From: Eledone cirrhosa
Taxonomy: Eukaryota
Reading direction: 5' to 3'
Length of the DNA: 64,000 nucleotides
Assembly: GCA_964016885.1 (NCBI GenBank)
Contig: OZ024740.1
Span: 179,552,001-179,616,000 of the forward strand
Shown here: piece by piece, positions 36,400 to 50,391 of the stretch
Numbering within the stretch: the first letter of the stretch is position 1
Layout: every line of letters starts with the position of its first letter
Notes under the pieces: model-generated
What the model was told of the DNA's origin: nothing
The model's database searches: none
The model's input: the letters and a program-made list of their open reading frames with translations, nothing else
Position numbers and translations under genes: made by a program

Positions 36400-36700
36400 A
36401 TCCTACAAAGTGTCCTGTCTCCAAAACCCTAAAAGAATCTATCTTTCTATATCAACAACACACCACGTTTTACCCACAAATGTGTAAGTACTTTTCCTCT
36501 AACAAACACCCCTGGAACGGGCCTTCTTGCCTATCCTCCAAACCACCCACCTCCCAAAAAACTCCGCAAAGTTTATTAGAATTTCACCAAATTAAAAAAT
36601 AGCGAAAGCCAATGACACCGCATCTTCGGTCAAAGAAATCATTGGAGCTTCATTCACAGAAGTTGATTCAGCAGCCAGCCTAACAGCCAAAATAGGTAGC
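36400..36700 (-). pseudogene. Highly degraded Tx1-like ORF2 C-terminal fragment
   Basis: Minus translation RLAAESTSVNEAP resembles KLTAESVMTIKPP and RLSAESIV of the two Tx1 copies. Confidence 0.35.
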
Positions 36701-36886
36701 AGTAACAACTACCACTACTATTAACAAGATGAAGACAACAGTGACAATAACAATAACACTAGCAACAACAATATATATATTTTCCGGATTTATAGATTTA
36801 ATCTAGAGACTCAATTTTAGCAACATAGTTCTATGAGAAACTGTTAACATGCTCACATGTGTGCATGCAGATTTCTGGGTCCACCT

Positions 36887-36917
<31 letters not shown>

Positions 36918-37244
36918 TATTCTCGTGTGTCCCCCTCCATGACCCCCCCCCCTTTTTACTGTCTTGTCTTCAGTTGCCTCCGGATCTGGTGTAGGTGAGC
37001 TATGCGGCCTCAATGATATCAGCATCCTGCCCACATACTCCTGATTACATTTTGTCCCTCCCATCCACCTACCGTTGACCCTAGCACCTAGGCCGGTAAT
37101 AACCAGCCACTCACACTTGATGCCGCTTAGTGGTCCAGTCCCCGGCTCTCCGCTTCATTCTCCATCCCCACCATTCGACAATTGCAGCACTAGCAGCACC
37201 AGCAGGCGGAAGAGGGGAAGGAACTGTTTCTACACAATTTTCTT

Positions 37245-37535
37245 TTAAATAAAAACACATACACCCAGATGTAACGCATGTAAAATCTAAAGACACAATA
37301 CACAACACACAAAAACAAAATGCTGTAAAAAAGAACAAAGGAGAGACACAAAAAATAAAAACCTAGTCACCAAGGAGGTCACATAATGTGTGAGGAAAGA
37401 GCATTGACAATATATTAACAACCTTCCGGTTATCGAACAAACCAACCAGCCAACCTTAAATTTATAATACATTGAAGTGAAAACCAGCAGGTGCGTGTAT
37501 TTTCATTGGCAACAAGATCCTCCCAGAGTATCACA

Positions 37536-37540
<5 letters not shown>
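37245..37540 (+). mobile_element. Old PLE-2 3' UTR fragment with decayed hammerhead (37366-37408)
   Basis: Colinear with 8095-8410; core mutated to CCAAGGA; ends in (TA)n. Confidence 0.75.
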
Positions 37541-37576
<36 letters not shown>

Positions 37577-38648
37577 TAGGATGATATTTGTTTGTATAGT
37601 AGAGAAAAATGCGCCAGAATGGTGATATAACGGCCGTGTTTGAAGTTTGACACCTCGTCGGACCTATTTCGTTGTTGACGTACGTTATGACTTCATGTTC
37701 CTACTTTATGGCTTCATGTTCCTACCCAACAAACTTTACTTTCACGTTTAAATTGTGAATTTCGACTAAATGTATATGATGAATTTCGAGTATACTCAAA
37801 TAAAGAATATATGTGTTCGGTGACATATAGATATTTCTGTGACTACTCGCTCCTTCAGTTTTTGTGGAAAGTAACAGATCGATGACTGATGTTCCCCTGG
37901 AGCTATTGAATATAAAGTGACAGGAATGTACTCCTAAAACGAATTCTGCAGTTTTAAATTCATAAAAAAAAGTTCCAAATAATTCTTTTGCTATGCACAT
38001 TGCGTCAAAAGAAATAAAATAGCTTGATCTACATATATCGTGTATATAATATGCTTGTGTAAAATAGAAGGAAAATATTCGAGGAGTATATGTAATAGTA
38101 TTCTGAACATATTTGAATCGTAATGAGTAATGTGTAACTATAGAAATTAGGACGATTTCCTTAGTAGTAAAATCAGAAAGAGAGGTTCGAGAAAGTGTAT
38201 ATTGCTACGGTTAGTATATGCAGTCACAATTACTTGCTTATCAATTGCTCTATAAGTATCATTTATAAAAGAAATCGGTTAATGTTTACACATGCCTAAA
38301 ATATATCTATTAGATGTGTTAAAACAACTCAATGAATATTATGTTGTCTGACGGAGACGTTTGTAAACAGACAAAAATATGTAAAATATTACAATGGAAA
38401 ATGAGATATTCTTACATTGTGATTAATAAATATATATGGTATTTGGTAGGAAATAAAAAGGTAAAACATGTTAAAATTATGTTACATTATAACTTTTGTG
38501 TTATGATATTTCGAAGGAAATATTCCTTCTAACTATACAACTATTGCAAAAATACTTTTTATTGTAATGTCTGTATCATCTAATAATTATCACATTTAAG
38601 TTTTCCATCATCATAAATATATGCGTGGTCAGCAGCTCACACAAACAC

Positions 38649-38693
<45 letters not shown>

Positions 38694-38741
38694 ACACACA
38701 CACACACATACACACACACACACACATACACACACACACGT

Positions 38742-38800
<59 letters not shown>

Positions 38801-38808
38801 CACACACG

Positions 38809-38846
<38 letters not shown>

Positions 38847-39005
38847 CATACACATACACACACACACATATATATATATGTATATATTTTTATACGTTCT
38901 GAGGGTCATGCTGCCTCCAAAAACACACACAACTGTAGTTTTTCACTTCATTATAAACTCTCAGTCGGTTAGATTCTTAATCGGATAGCTATTCAGTTGT
39001 TGATT

Positions 39006-39048
39006 GTCAAAGATTTTTCGACTCACAGTCTATGACCTCCTCAGTGAC
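39006..39048 (-). ncRNA. Degenerate PLE-2-type hammerhead relic
   Basis: Reverse complement GTCA-CTGAGGA-GGTCATAGACTGTGAGTC-GAAA-AATC-TT-TGAC. Confidence 0.5.
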
Positions 39049-39226
39049 TATCATTGTTGTTATTTTGTGTCTTTCCTTTGTCCAGGCCACACAATTTATA
39101 TATACATATGTATATGTTTGTGTATCTGCTATACCAAGTTTTAACATAATATATCCCTTCCATATACTGTACCGATTGTGTTGTTATTTCTGTTTACGTT
39201 TTACACACAAACACACATATATATAC

Positions 39227-39276
<50 letters not shown>

Positions 39277-39738
39277 GGGGGGTCGTTTGTTTTTGAGCAT
39301 GCGTGAGTGTGTGTTTGTTTATGTGGTATACATGTGTGAATGTATGGAATGGAATTTCAATAATGAATGCAAGTTCTGTCAGTTAAATTAATTAGATTGA
39401 CATTGCACGAACATTAATTTGGATTGAGTACTAACTGAAACTGATAGCCCTTTATAGAGATGCAAATAGTAATGCCTCCAATTTATAAGATGGGATTATT
39501 TTAGCCTCTGCTCGATTATATTTCTGATAAAGTGTCTATATAAATATTATATTAATGAGGTCATTTAAACAAATCCCTGAGCATACATTATTTATAGATA
39601 AGAAGTCAATCAAACTATAATAGTTTTACAATTATATCACAGTTGTGTCTCTTTCTTATCAATGTAATTTGATCACAACCATTTGGGAATCAATCAGATT
39701 ATATCTTTTTGTGATTGTTTTTGACATTATTGTGCGAT

Positions 39739-41810
39739 TCATTCCTGAGACATTCTAACCCCATGCACATAATATCGGCGCTGTGATCTCTCAATTTGGA
39801 GAAGTAGCAGCTCTACCTTGAGTGACCCTTTGATCTCTGATCTATGGACTCCATCGAGTAAGGTTACTGCTAGCACCCTTTGGAGGAATCCCATTTTGGT
39901 CGGTTGTATTTGCAATGACCAAATATTCACACTGCGGCAGGTCTTCGAGAAATTGTAGGAGTATATTCAGGTGGTATATTCTTGCTTTGTAGAATTCGAA
40001 AAGGCATATTTCCACGTTCCTAAGGATCTGTTGTGGAAGGTTCTGCAAAATTATGGGTTTGATGGTTAGCTTCTCACTATCCCGATGACTCTATACGAAT
40101 GTTCGAGTAGTTGGTTTAAGATAAATGGTGCTAAATCGAAACTATTCCACTTGGAAATCGGACACACCAATGGTGCGTAATGTCAGCTCTTCTGTTCATT
40201 ATTTTCCTCAACAGGATTAACATGCGCTGCCGGGTTGCAAATGCTATCACGACTGGCACGTCCAAAATTAGTTGGCCGGAATTTACATTCAACATGGTGT
40301 TACTTAATTCGACAGAAACTGATCTCCGACTTTCATTTGATATATTTGATGCTGAGTGCTGCAAATATGTCTTGCGAAAACTGAGACACTCATGCTCTCA
40401 AGGATGCCTGCGCACTGCACTCTATATGTGAATGGAATCCACCGATGTTCCAGTATCTCGGGTCTGTATTCACTAGTGATTAAGGACAAGAGGCTGAATT
40501 AAGGGTTGATCTGCTAGAGAACGTGCAGGTGGTGGATAGCGATAGAGTCACCAGATATTGTTGTTAGTAGCAATATAAGCGGGCAGCTACTGGCCAAATA
40601 AGCAACCATGGACCAACAGCGGTAAACTGCATGGGGATATGGAGTAATGGGCGACACCAGTGGCTCCCATAAAAATTAGCACAACCCAGTAATGTAGCTG
40701 TGTGCAGGAAAATAAATCCGCCTCTAAAAAAGCCCAGGATTCGTGGGTTTGAGAAAGTACCAGATTGGTGAGTGGAGCGAATACGATATCCAAAATTGCA
40801 ATATTGGGAGAGGAACGCAAAAGAACAATACCGCATCGTCGTTCGCGTGAGTTAACAAGGAATGAGTTCATGCTTTAGGAAGAGGGACCTGTCCGAAATA
40901 TATAGCAGTATCCATTTCATGCCACAAAATCTGGTGATGGACCTGCGATCTGTGGGATCAACGCTCAAAGATTGCATATACAGAGACCCCAAAGATTGTT
41001 CGGAAGAAGCAAACTTTTATGACATATTTTATAACTATAAATAAAATTATGAATATCTACGCAGATATTCACAGCAAATTCAACATACTGCAAGTCAAAA
41101 GATTCACCCCAGGAAACGGTTTATTATTTAAATATACAACTAGCCAAAATATGTGAGCATAGTATTTAAATTGATTGAAACATTTCTTGCATAATCCATC
41201 AAATTTCATCATTTCGTACTCATAGATAAGAGGAACTTACACGGTGCTTTCTACTTTTGTTTTTGCAAAACTATTACATTACATTACAATTTCGACAGAA
41301 GATGATCTCTGATTTTCATTCGATATTTTTGATGTTCAGTGCTGCATGACTGGAATGAGAATCAGTGATGCAAAAAGTGAGACACTTGTCCTCTCGAGGA
41401 GGCCAGCGGAGTGCACTCTACATGTATCTTGGGGCTGTTTTCCCGAGCGAGAGAAAGTAGGAGGCTGAATTATGTGCAAGAATTACAGGGGCTTGTGCAG
41501 TAAGGTGCCAGCTTCAGCATTCAATAATCAGAAGAATGGAGGTAGGCGTAAAAGCCAAACTGGAAAGAATCTCTGCACAGATTTTATGGGCAACACCAAC
41601 CGACAGGAAACTCAGGGGTAGACCCCGAGCAAGATGGCTGGATAACATCTATGAGATTGGCAGGTCTCGCTTGGGGATACATCCGGACCAGTTGCTTCAC
41701 AAAGGAACCACTGGAGACGGTTGCTTCACAAAGGACCCACTGGAAGAGTGCTTGATGACTCTGCCCTTACAATACTTCTAGGAATATGTAGACGAAGAAG
41801 AGAAGAAATG
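39739..41810. pseudogene. Rearranged RTE-clade LINE fragments
   Basis: Plus: VEFEKAYFHVPKDLLWKVLQNYG (about 39990), SALLFIIF, RGRPRARWLDNI (about 41610). Minus 39739-39910: MGFLQRVLAVTLLDGVHRSEI..IERSQ. Segment 40306-40430 recurs diverged at 41289-41425. Confidence 0.7.
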
Positions 41811-42180
41811 TATTTTGGAAAGAGGTGTTATATTACTATAATGCATAGATCAATCCAAATGTGTGTGCCCTGTTAAACTCGCTTTAAAATTAATGCCAGT
41901 TAATCCTATTTTCGTTTTACACATTTTCATCGGCATTCATTATGCATACTATTTAATTTAATCAAATTGCAGGGAAATCTTGTCTCCTACGATCCATTCT
42001 TAAGAAGTACCTGTTGTTATGCATGCTATATTAAGAAAGTCATGCAAGGACATTCAAATTGCATAAGCCTTCCAATGTCAATTAATTAAAATGGGAAACG
42101 AGTTTTCAGATATATTACTCTCTGTTGTTGGTGTTCGAGTAACACACATAATATGAAATCAATAATAATAACTAGGAATA

Positions 42181-42752
42181 ACTAGATAAATAATTGTTTC
42201 TACTTTAGGAACAAGGCCAGCAATTACCCAGTACATTACTGATTATTTTATTTTATCGACCCCGTAAGGATGAAAGGCAAAGTTAACCTCGGCGGGATTT
42301 GAACTCAAACCGTAAAGGGACGTAACTATGCTAGAAAGCATGGCGTCCAACTCTCTAGCGATACTGCCAATTCACCGCCCTTAACTAGATAAATAATTGT
42401 TTCTACTTTAGGCACAAGGCCAGCAATTACCCAGTACATTACTGGTACTTTATTTTATCGACCCCATAAGGATGAAAGGCAAAGTTAACCTCGGCGGGAT
42501 TTGAACTCAGAATGGCAATGGCCGTAACTAGATAAATAATAAGGTTAAATCAGTTATATGTCATTATTGAATTGGCAGTATCGGTAGAGGGTTGGACGCC
42601 ATGCTTTCTAGCATAGTTAGTTCCCTTTACAGTCTGATTTCAAATCCCGCCGAGGTTAACTTTGCCTTTCATCCTTACGGGGTCGATAAAATAAAGTACC
42701 AGTAATGTACTGGTTAATTGCTGGCCTGGTTCCAAAAGTAGAAACAATTATT
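42181..42752. mobile_element. SINE cluster: two tandem minus copies followed by one plus copy (foldback)
   Basis: ACTAGATAAATAATTGTTTCTAC at 42181 and 42384; plus copy at 42570-42752. Confidence 0.88.
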
Positions 42753-42920
42753 ATATCAATAACAGGATAAGTGGTGAGGAGGGAAGGCACAGTGAAGGTA
42801 AAGAAATCTTTGAAGAATTTTACTTATATGGTAAACAAAAATATATGTGCATGTGACATTTTTATGATTGCTGCTGCTGTACCAGGCATCGCACTCTCCA
42901 TTTCTCTCTCTCTCTTTCTT

Positions 42921-42958
<38 letters not shown>

Positions 42959-43199
42959 TTTCTTTCTTTCTCTCTACCTCTATCAACATTTCTCTCCGAA
43001 TAATTCATAATATATTTACATAATTTCATTCATATAACATGTAATTTGTACCCATCAACCAATGACGCTATTATCAAGCAACTGGGATATACTATGAAAG
43101 GTAACTAGATATTTTCCTAGGGAATTTTATGAATTGTTATGTTTAAGGATTTCATCAAGCTATATGTCAGTCAATGCAATGCATTCAAAGTAAGTTAAG

Positions 43200-43535
43200 C
43201 AACAAAAACACACACAAAAACAAGATGGCGTAGGACAGAATAAAAGGAGTGGCACAAAAACAAAGAAAATAATCCCCAGTCACTGAAGAGGTCACAGAAT
43301 GTGTGACGAAATAGCTTTGACAATATATGAACAATCGTCTGGTTGTGGAACCAACCAGCCAACCGGAAATTTATAAATTCCTTTAATTTATAAATTTAAT
43401 TTTTAATAAATTGAAGTGAAAGCACTGGTGCGTGTGTTTCTTATTGGCAAAATGACCCTCCCAAAGTATAACAATATCGGTTTCAACACACGTTTTCAGA
43501 TAAAGAATCTTGCTAAACACATTCAGAAACGAAAT
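43200..43535 (+). mobile_element. PLE-2 3' UTR fragment with hammerhead (43279-43321)
   Basis: Close homolog of 8140-8468 with the same 3' end AACGAAA(TA)n. Confidence 0.88.
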
Positions 43536-43544
43536 ATATATATA

Positions 43545-44193
<649 letters not shown>

Positions 44194-44398
44194 AGGATGA
44201 ATATAAAATGAAAGTGCTTTTGTTAAAAAAGGAATTTATTAGGTATTGACATATGTTTCTGTAACAGACCGAATACCTATGTATCGCTGCTTGCGTAATC
44301 ATATAATGTTAGCAAGTATTCGAAAGCAAATGTATAATCAGTTGTCACTTCTTCAGAGATTTTGGATAAACTGGATAAAATCATTATTGATAACCTGA

Positions 44399-44555
<157 letters not shown>

Positions 44556-45284
44556 TATAGATATAGATATATATATATATACACACACACATAGATAATA
44601 GATAAAAACAACGCATGCACTGTTTTATAACATTTCCTGTAGTAGATTAAAACCTTATTACCCTTTTCATTTAACCAGATGTTATTATTCGAATCATTAT
44701 ATAAATATTACAAAAAAAAAAAAAAAAATAATAATAAAACACAGTGTTGCATAACATTAGTTTACATGTTCTGTTTATGTAGGGGTTTTAAATTTGGACT
44801 AACAATGGGATGATTAACCGATCACGTCAATGCTGTAGTTTATCAAAATTATATGAAAATTGTTACAGTTGCTTTTTCTTTTTTTTCACTTTCAATAAAC
44901 ACATATTGAATCTCACATAGTATTATAATATAACGATCATCACATCACGAATAACACCGGAAATTATATTTTGAAATTGGAGAGAAATCTGTTTATACTA
45001 ATTTCCTTTTTTCGGCTTTATTCAACGCTAAGGGTGTTTACATTTACGAGAAGCACAAAGTATTGGTTTATTTACATTGCTCAATCCTGATTTATTTAAT
45101 ATGAATAGATAAATAAAAATATATGTATGAATTTCAGATCAGTTACTATTTCAGACAAGTTATGAATGGAACCTTATACACAGTTCGTAAATTCAAACAG
45201 AATAATCAACTTTCTGGAGCCGATATGAACACGTCCGTTGCAATGAGCACAAAATAATTAAAATAATGATAATAATAATAATGG

Positions 45285-48200
45285 TTTCATTTATTGGCTA
45301 CAAGGACCCACATATAATACAATAGACGAGAACATGGTGGGTGAGGGGTTTACATAAACATTGAGTAAAAATAGCAAAACAATAGCAATAAACAAGAAAA
45401 ATACAACAATGAAAATTCCACAATAGGGGGATACCCACCCAGGTACCCCACCAATCCTGAACCACCGGACGCTTCGAGGGCATCCGGGAAGAGCCTCTCT
45501 CTCCTCCTCAAATTTACCAGCTTACAGGCGCATGATCAGAGTAGGCCCACTAACGTGGGCCATTCTCACCACATTCACCCACCTTTCAGCAAATGTACTG
45601 GGGGGGGGGGCACTTCTCCACGGACCCTCACCTTCCTTTCCAAGTTGATTGGGGATTGAAAAAGTTGATTGGGGATTGGCCGAAGAGAAAAGTGTCTGTC
45701 TTCAGTCCTTTCAACCTGGTCCACCATACAACCTCTTTCGCTACTGCCACCAGACAGAGGAAAATTGCCTGCCCTTCCTGGCCAAAAAAAGACTGCGGGG
45801 CGATTTACACTATAGACTCGGCCGATAGCCGGATCCGTTCTACACATGACAAGAGCTGTTCCACATAACTCCACAAGTCAATAAGGCACGGACAATGGAC
45901 GAGTATGTGCAGAACGGTTTCATCACTCTGCGCGCATTTCGGGCAGTTACCTTCTGACAGCACTTCCGTGCCTGTAGAGTTTATCTCGAACCGGCAGTTC
46001 CCCCCGGTAGCACTGCCAAGCGATTGATTATTTGGAATATATCCATCGTCCCCGGCTCGAACGTCCTCCGGAACAAACTGGTTAGTCTCCGAGTGATTCG
46101 TCGCACTACCCACCACTAATCCTCTATAGAACTCGAGAGTGGAAGTTCCACTGACCACATTGCCCGCCTGATAGAGGACAGTGAGTGCCTTGCAACATTC
46201 TAGATGCCAGTCACCCAGTCTCGGTCTCTTCTTGAACCAGGACTGCAGCTAATTCAAAGAGACGAGCTGCGGACAGGCCCGTCTGACAAAGGGGGACCAC
46301 AAATTTTAGCCGTTAAGGCAGAATATCTGGAGATGCTGCAGCCTCAGCTAGTGTCTGGGCTTAATTAGCCACGGCATGCCCAGCCCTCCGCGTAGACCGT
46401 GCTGACAGAAGATGGACTGTCTCACCAATGGATCCCATCCCTCTATATGAATTTGAAGAGCCGTTCCAAATTGGCGAGGCACGAACGCGAGCAAGGCATG
46501 ACGGTCAGGGGGTAATAGATGACGGACGCGATGTACGTATTCCCCACCTCCGCCCGACCTTCGTGTGATAGCTTCCTCGCAGCCCATTTCTAAGTGAGAC
46601 TGGCTACCCTGCCCGTCATCTCGTCCCAATTCTATTCCACCTGGAGATCTGGCTCGAACCAAACCCCGTACAACTTTACCGGTCCGTCCCTCCAGCTCGC
46701 AACGACGCTGTTGGACGGCATGGACTTGCCTCTCCAGGTGCCGAGTTGCAAGCCCAATACTTTTCCGGCTTAAATTTCGCTCCCGTCAACATTTCATATT
46801 CCTCCAATAAATTGCCGGCCACCTCAACCTTCGAGTTGTGCGACACCATCACGGTTATGTCGTTCGCATAAGCCGACAGAGTCAGTCCCCGTCCCGATTC
46901 GAGCGGGATGCCCTGCAACAGCTCCAGCTTCCACAGTAAAGGATGGAGAGTCAATGCGTACAGAAGGGAGGAGAGAAGGCACCCTTAACGGACCAAACGG
47001 TTCGGAGAGGTGGCCATTAACTTTGACCACCGAGCATATGTCGCTGGACCGAAACCATCTGCCATGAGACAGCTGCTGGTGTTGTCCTTCCTCTCGCGAC
47101 TGGTGTTGGCAGCAACAGAGGATTACGAATCTCTGCCGTTTTCAATTGGCCGCATAAGGCTCACCACACGGGAAACAATGCGGCCGTTTGTTTCCCGTGA
47201 CTACCTGGATTTCGTACCCGTCCGGTAGTTTGGTGTGATCCGGTATATATTTTCTGTCTCCAGGTCTGATTCGAAGAAGAATCACCAAACCAGTCCCGGA
47301 CCACCTCTCTCTGTGAATTTGTCATCGAGGAGGGTTACAAGCCCCTCTACCACCACGCCTGCCAGGAGCCACCATGAATCCAATCCTGGTGGATTCCTGT
47401 GAACACGGATCCTTACTGTTCTCTTCCCAATGTAAGAAGCGTACAAAATTATTTGGCCCGTTTTGCAGGGGACCACAGAATGCTTTATTGCAAGGCCTCA
47501 CTTTTGAAAAGCTCCAAGATGCTCCCAAATTGCCTGGCTCTTGGTATAAGGTCTATGTTATCATTATCGATGCATTTCAGCGCTGCCTCTACCAGTCCTT
47601 CTGAGGCATTCACGGTTTTCGAGATTTGACCGAAATACATCGATATTTTAGAGTTCTCTCCCCTGCTGTCATTAATTCTGCAGGGACGTTTAAATTGGCC
47701 CAGCTTTTCTCTCTTGTATTAATTTTTTCCGTGAGGGCCAAACGTTCCTTTTTGTCTGTAAGGTCGAAATCGTAGTGTTTGGCGTTTTGCTACTATGGCC
47801 GCGAATGTACTCCATTTGTTGATGCTGTTGTTGTTGTCATTGTTTTTTTTTTTGCTGTTTTACTGTTTTTCGTCGACTATATTGTTATTGGTGTTGTTGT
47901 TGGTGGTGTTGTTGTCGTTATTGCAGTTGTTGTTCGTGTTGCTGTCGTTGTTCTTGTTGGTGTTGTCACTGTTGCCGTTATTCTTGGTGGTGTTGTTCAT
48001 TTCGTAGTTGTTTTTGTTGTCATTGTTTCTGTTTTCTGTGTTTTGGTTGTCGCTGTTACAGCTGTTGTCTTTGATTCTAACGTAGTGTTTTCACCATTGC
48101 TGTTGCTGCTGTCGTTGTTCATGTTGTTTGTGGTGGTGTTGCTAAATTTGTTGTTAGTTGTTTGTGGTATATATTTTTGTGTCTTTCGTGTCCCTCCTCT

Positions 48201-48461
48201 CAACGCTTAAGCCGCTGTCGCACGACAGCAGACTTAAGGGGGGCGGGGGCGTGGCCTAGCCAAATTATGTTTTGTTTTGTATTTTTCAGAAAAATTGTTT
48301 ATACAAAATTAAAATATTTGGGCTAAAAGGCACACATTATAGCGTTTCCCCTTTACAGACGACCCTTTTGTCAAAAATATAACAACTAATACGTTTGAAA
48401 ACATCTTCAAATTGTCTACCTTGTGGAGCTCACAAAAAACACGTCTTTACTGTCTAACAGC
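45285..48461 (-). mobile_element. Degraded, internally deleted Tx1-clade LINE related to 10395-16209
   Basis: KLELLQGIPLESGRGLTLSAYANDITVMVS, GGLGMPWL, CPKC..ETVLHILVHC and ORF1 remnant YASYIGKRTVRI; EN and early RT deleted near 47030; 3' end AATAAATGAAACC(ATT)n. Confidence 0.88.
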
Positions 48462-49040
48462 CAATAATTGTAATTGTTTCTACTTTTGGCACAAGGCCAG
48501 AAATTAACCAGTGCAATACTGTTACTTTATTTTATCGACCCCGTAAGGATGAAAGGCAAAGTTAACCTCGACGTGATTTGAACAGCCAATAATTATAATT
48601 GTTTCTACTTTTGGCACAAGGCCAGCAATTATCCCAGTGTATTACTGCTACTTTATTTTATCCACCCCGTAAGGATGAAAGACAAGATGGTTTGTTATAT
48701 AGGCACAAGTCCAGCAATTTTTGGGGAGGGGAAAGTCGAATAAATCGACCCCAGTACGTGACTAGTACTTTATTTTATCGACCCCAGTAAGGATGAAAGG
48801 CAAAGCTAACCTCGGTGGGATTTGAACTCAGGTCGTAAAGGGACGTAACTCTATGCTTCAAAGCATGGCGTTCGACGCTCTACCGATACTGCCAATGGTT
48901 TCTAAATTAAGCACAAGGCCAAACAATTTTTTTTGAAAGGGAACGTCGATTAAATTGACCGCAGTGTGTTGCTGGTAATATAATGTGTTGACCCTATAAG
49001 GAAGAAAGGCAAATCTAGCTTCGGCGAGATTTAAACTCGG
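48462..49040 (-). mobile_element. Tandem cluster of about four SINE copies or fragments
   Basis: Repeated GGCACAAGGCCAG..TTTATTTTATCGACCCC.TAAGGATGAAAGGCAAAG. Confidence 0.85.
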
Positions 49041-49944
49041 AACCACACCGAGAACAATATCAATAATAGAAGCCTATTCCTTTTTACTGGATGCGATTTA
49101 TTAAGTAGAAATTTAATATGCGTAAAGATAACTGAGTACAATCGCATCAATATATTTTAAATTGTGGTGATATATGTACGACAAGCACATTCTGTCCTTT
49201 ATTCGAGTAATTAACCAGGTTGTGATGATACAATGGAACTTGCAAGACATCTTGATAGGGTTAACAACCAGTGGATTTATGTATTATATGCAATTGTCTG
49301 GATTAATGAAATTGTCATTTGCTTTTGATTTGAATGAACAATGAAAACAATTTCTCAGCTATTGATGTTAATTGTAAAACAATGGTTCCTTAAGATGATT
49401 ATACAATATACACAAGCAAGATAGATGAGGTGGAGAACAACTAAATGAGTCAACCGGAAGCATTAGCTCGATAATCACATGATGTTCGATTTCATAGGTT
49501 ACCAAAATATGAAATCCAATTCAATATGACATATTCCCGCCAATATAAATTACACAAATATATCAGTTAAGCCCCAACAGAAATAGTAATAATATTGTCA
49601 TGATCTTAAACAAAATGTTAGTATTTAACAAATCTCGATAATTGTAGCATAAGTGTCTAAAATATTTATTTGTTTGTAATATAGTTGCTTACTGTTTCTA
49701 GCATTTAGTTTATGCTTAAAAAGGTGAGATTTTATAACTATGCTTCGAACAGCGTGTATCTATGGTGAATGCATGATATACATATTGATAACTTCTCTCA
49801 TTAACATAAGCATCGATCAATAATATCTCAGATTTCATTAGTTGGCCGAGGAGTTGGTACTCGTCAAATCGGACCAGGGCAACAAGATCTCCATTAGTCT
49901 ATTCATTTCTGATACTACCAACCATTCGAAAGTGAAACGTAAAA

Positions 49945-50047
49945 TGAAGTGTCTTTGCTCAAGGTCATGACTCATCGCCTGGTTCGGGAATCTAACTCAG
50001 AACCTCACAATTTTAAGTCAAATTCTCTAACTACAAACCCACACGCC
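49945..50047 (-). mobile_element. Degenerate tRNA-headed SINE of a second family
   Basis: Minus: GGCGTGTGG..GTAGTTAGAG..GAGTTAGATTCCCG..GACCTTGAGCAAAGACACT (A/B-box-like motifs plus a core-like motif). Confidence 0.5.
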
Positions 50048-50306
50048 ATCACATTAACAGGTCAAAGTTTTCAAAATGTAAAAGACTCCCGAAAGACAGT
50101 TTAGACTAAGGAAACGAAATGGAAAACCAAATGAAAGTATATTTAATCCTTATAAATGTTAAGCCAATAATGCTGAAATATATGGAATATGTAGTAAATG
50201 CAGAATATTTGTGGTAAAATCGTGGTATTATTATATTTAGGCTGTTTTTACACACAGACAACACGCACACACACACAGACACACACAGACACACATGCAC
50301 ACACAT

Positions 50307-50391
<85 letters not shown>

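Noticed and set aside
45270-45300. Tx1 copy 2 3' end (GAAACCATTATT) resembling the SINE 3' end (GAAACAATTATT) as a SINE-LINE partnership
   Set aside because: The match is about 12 nt of AT-rich sequence, too short to support.
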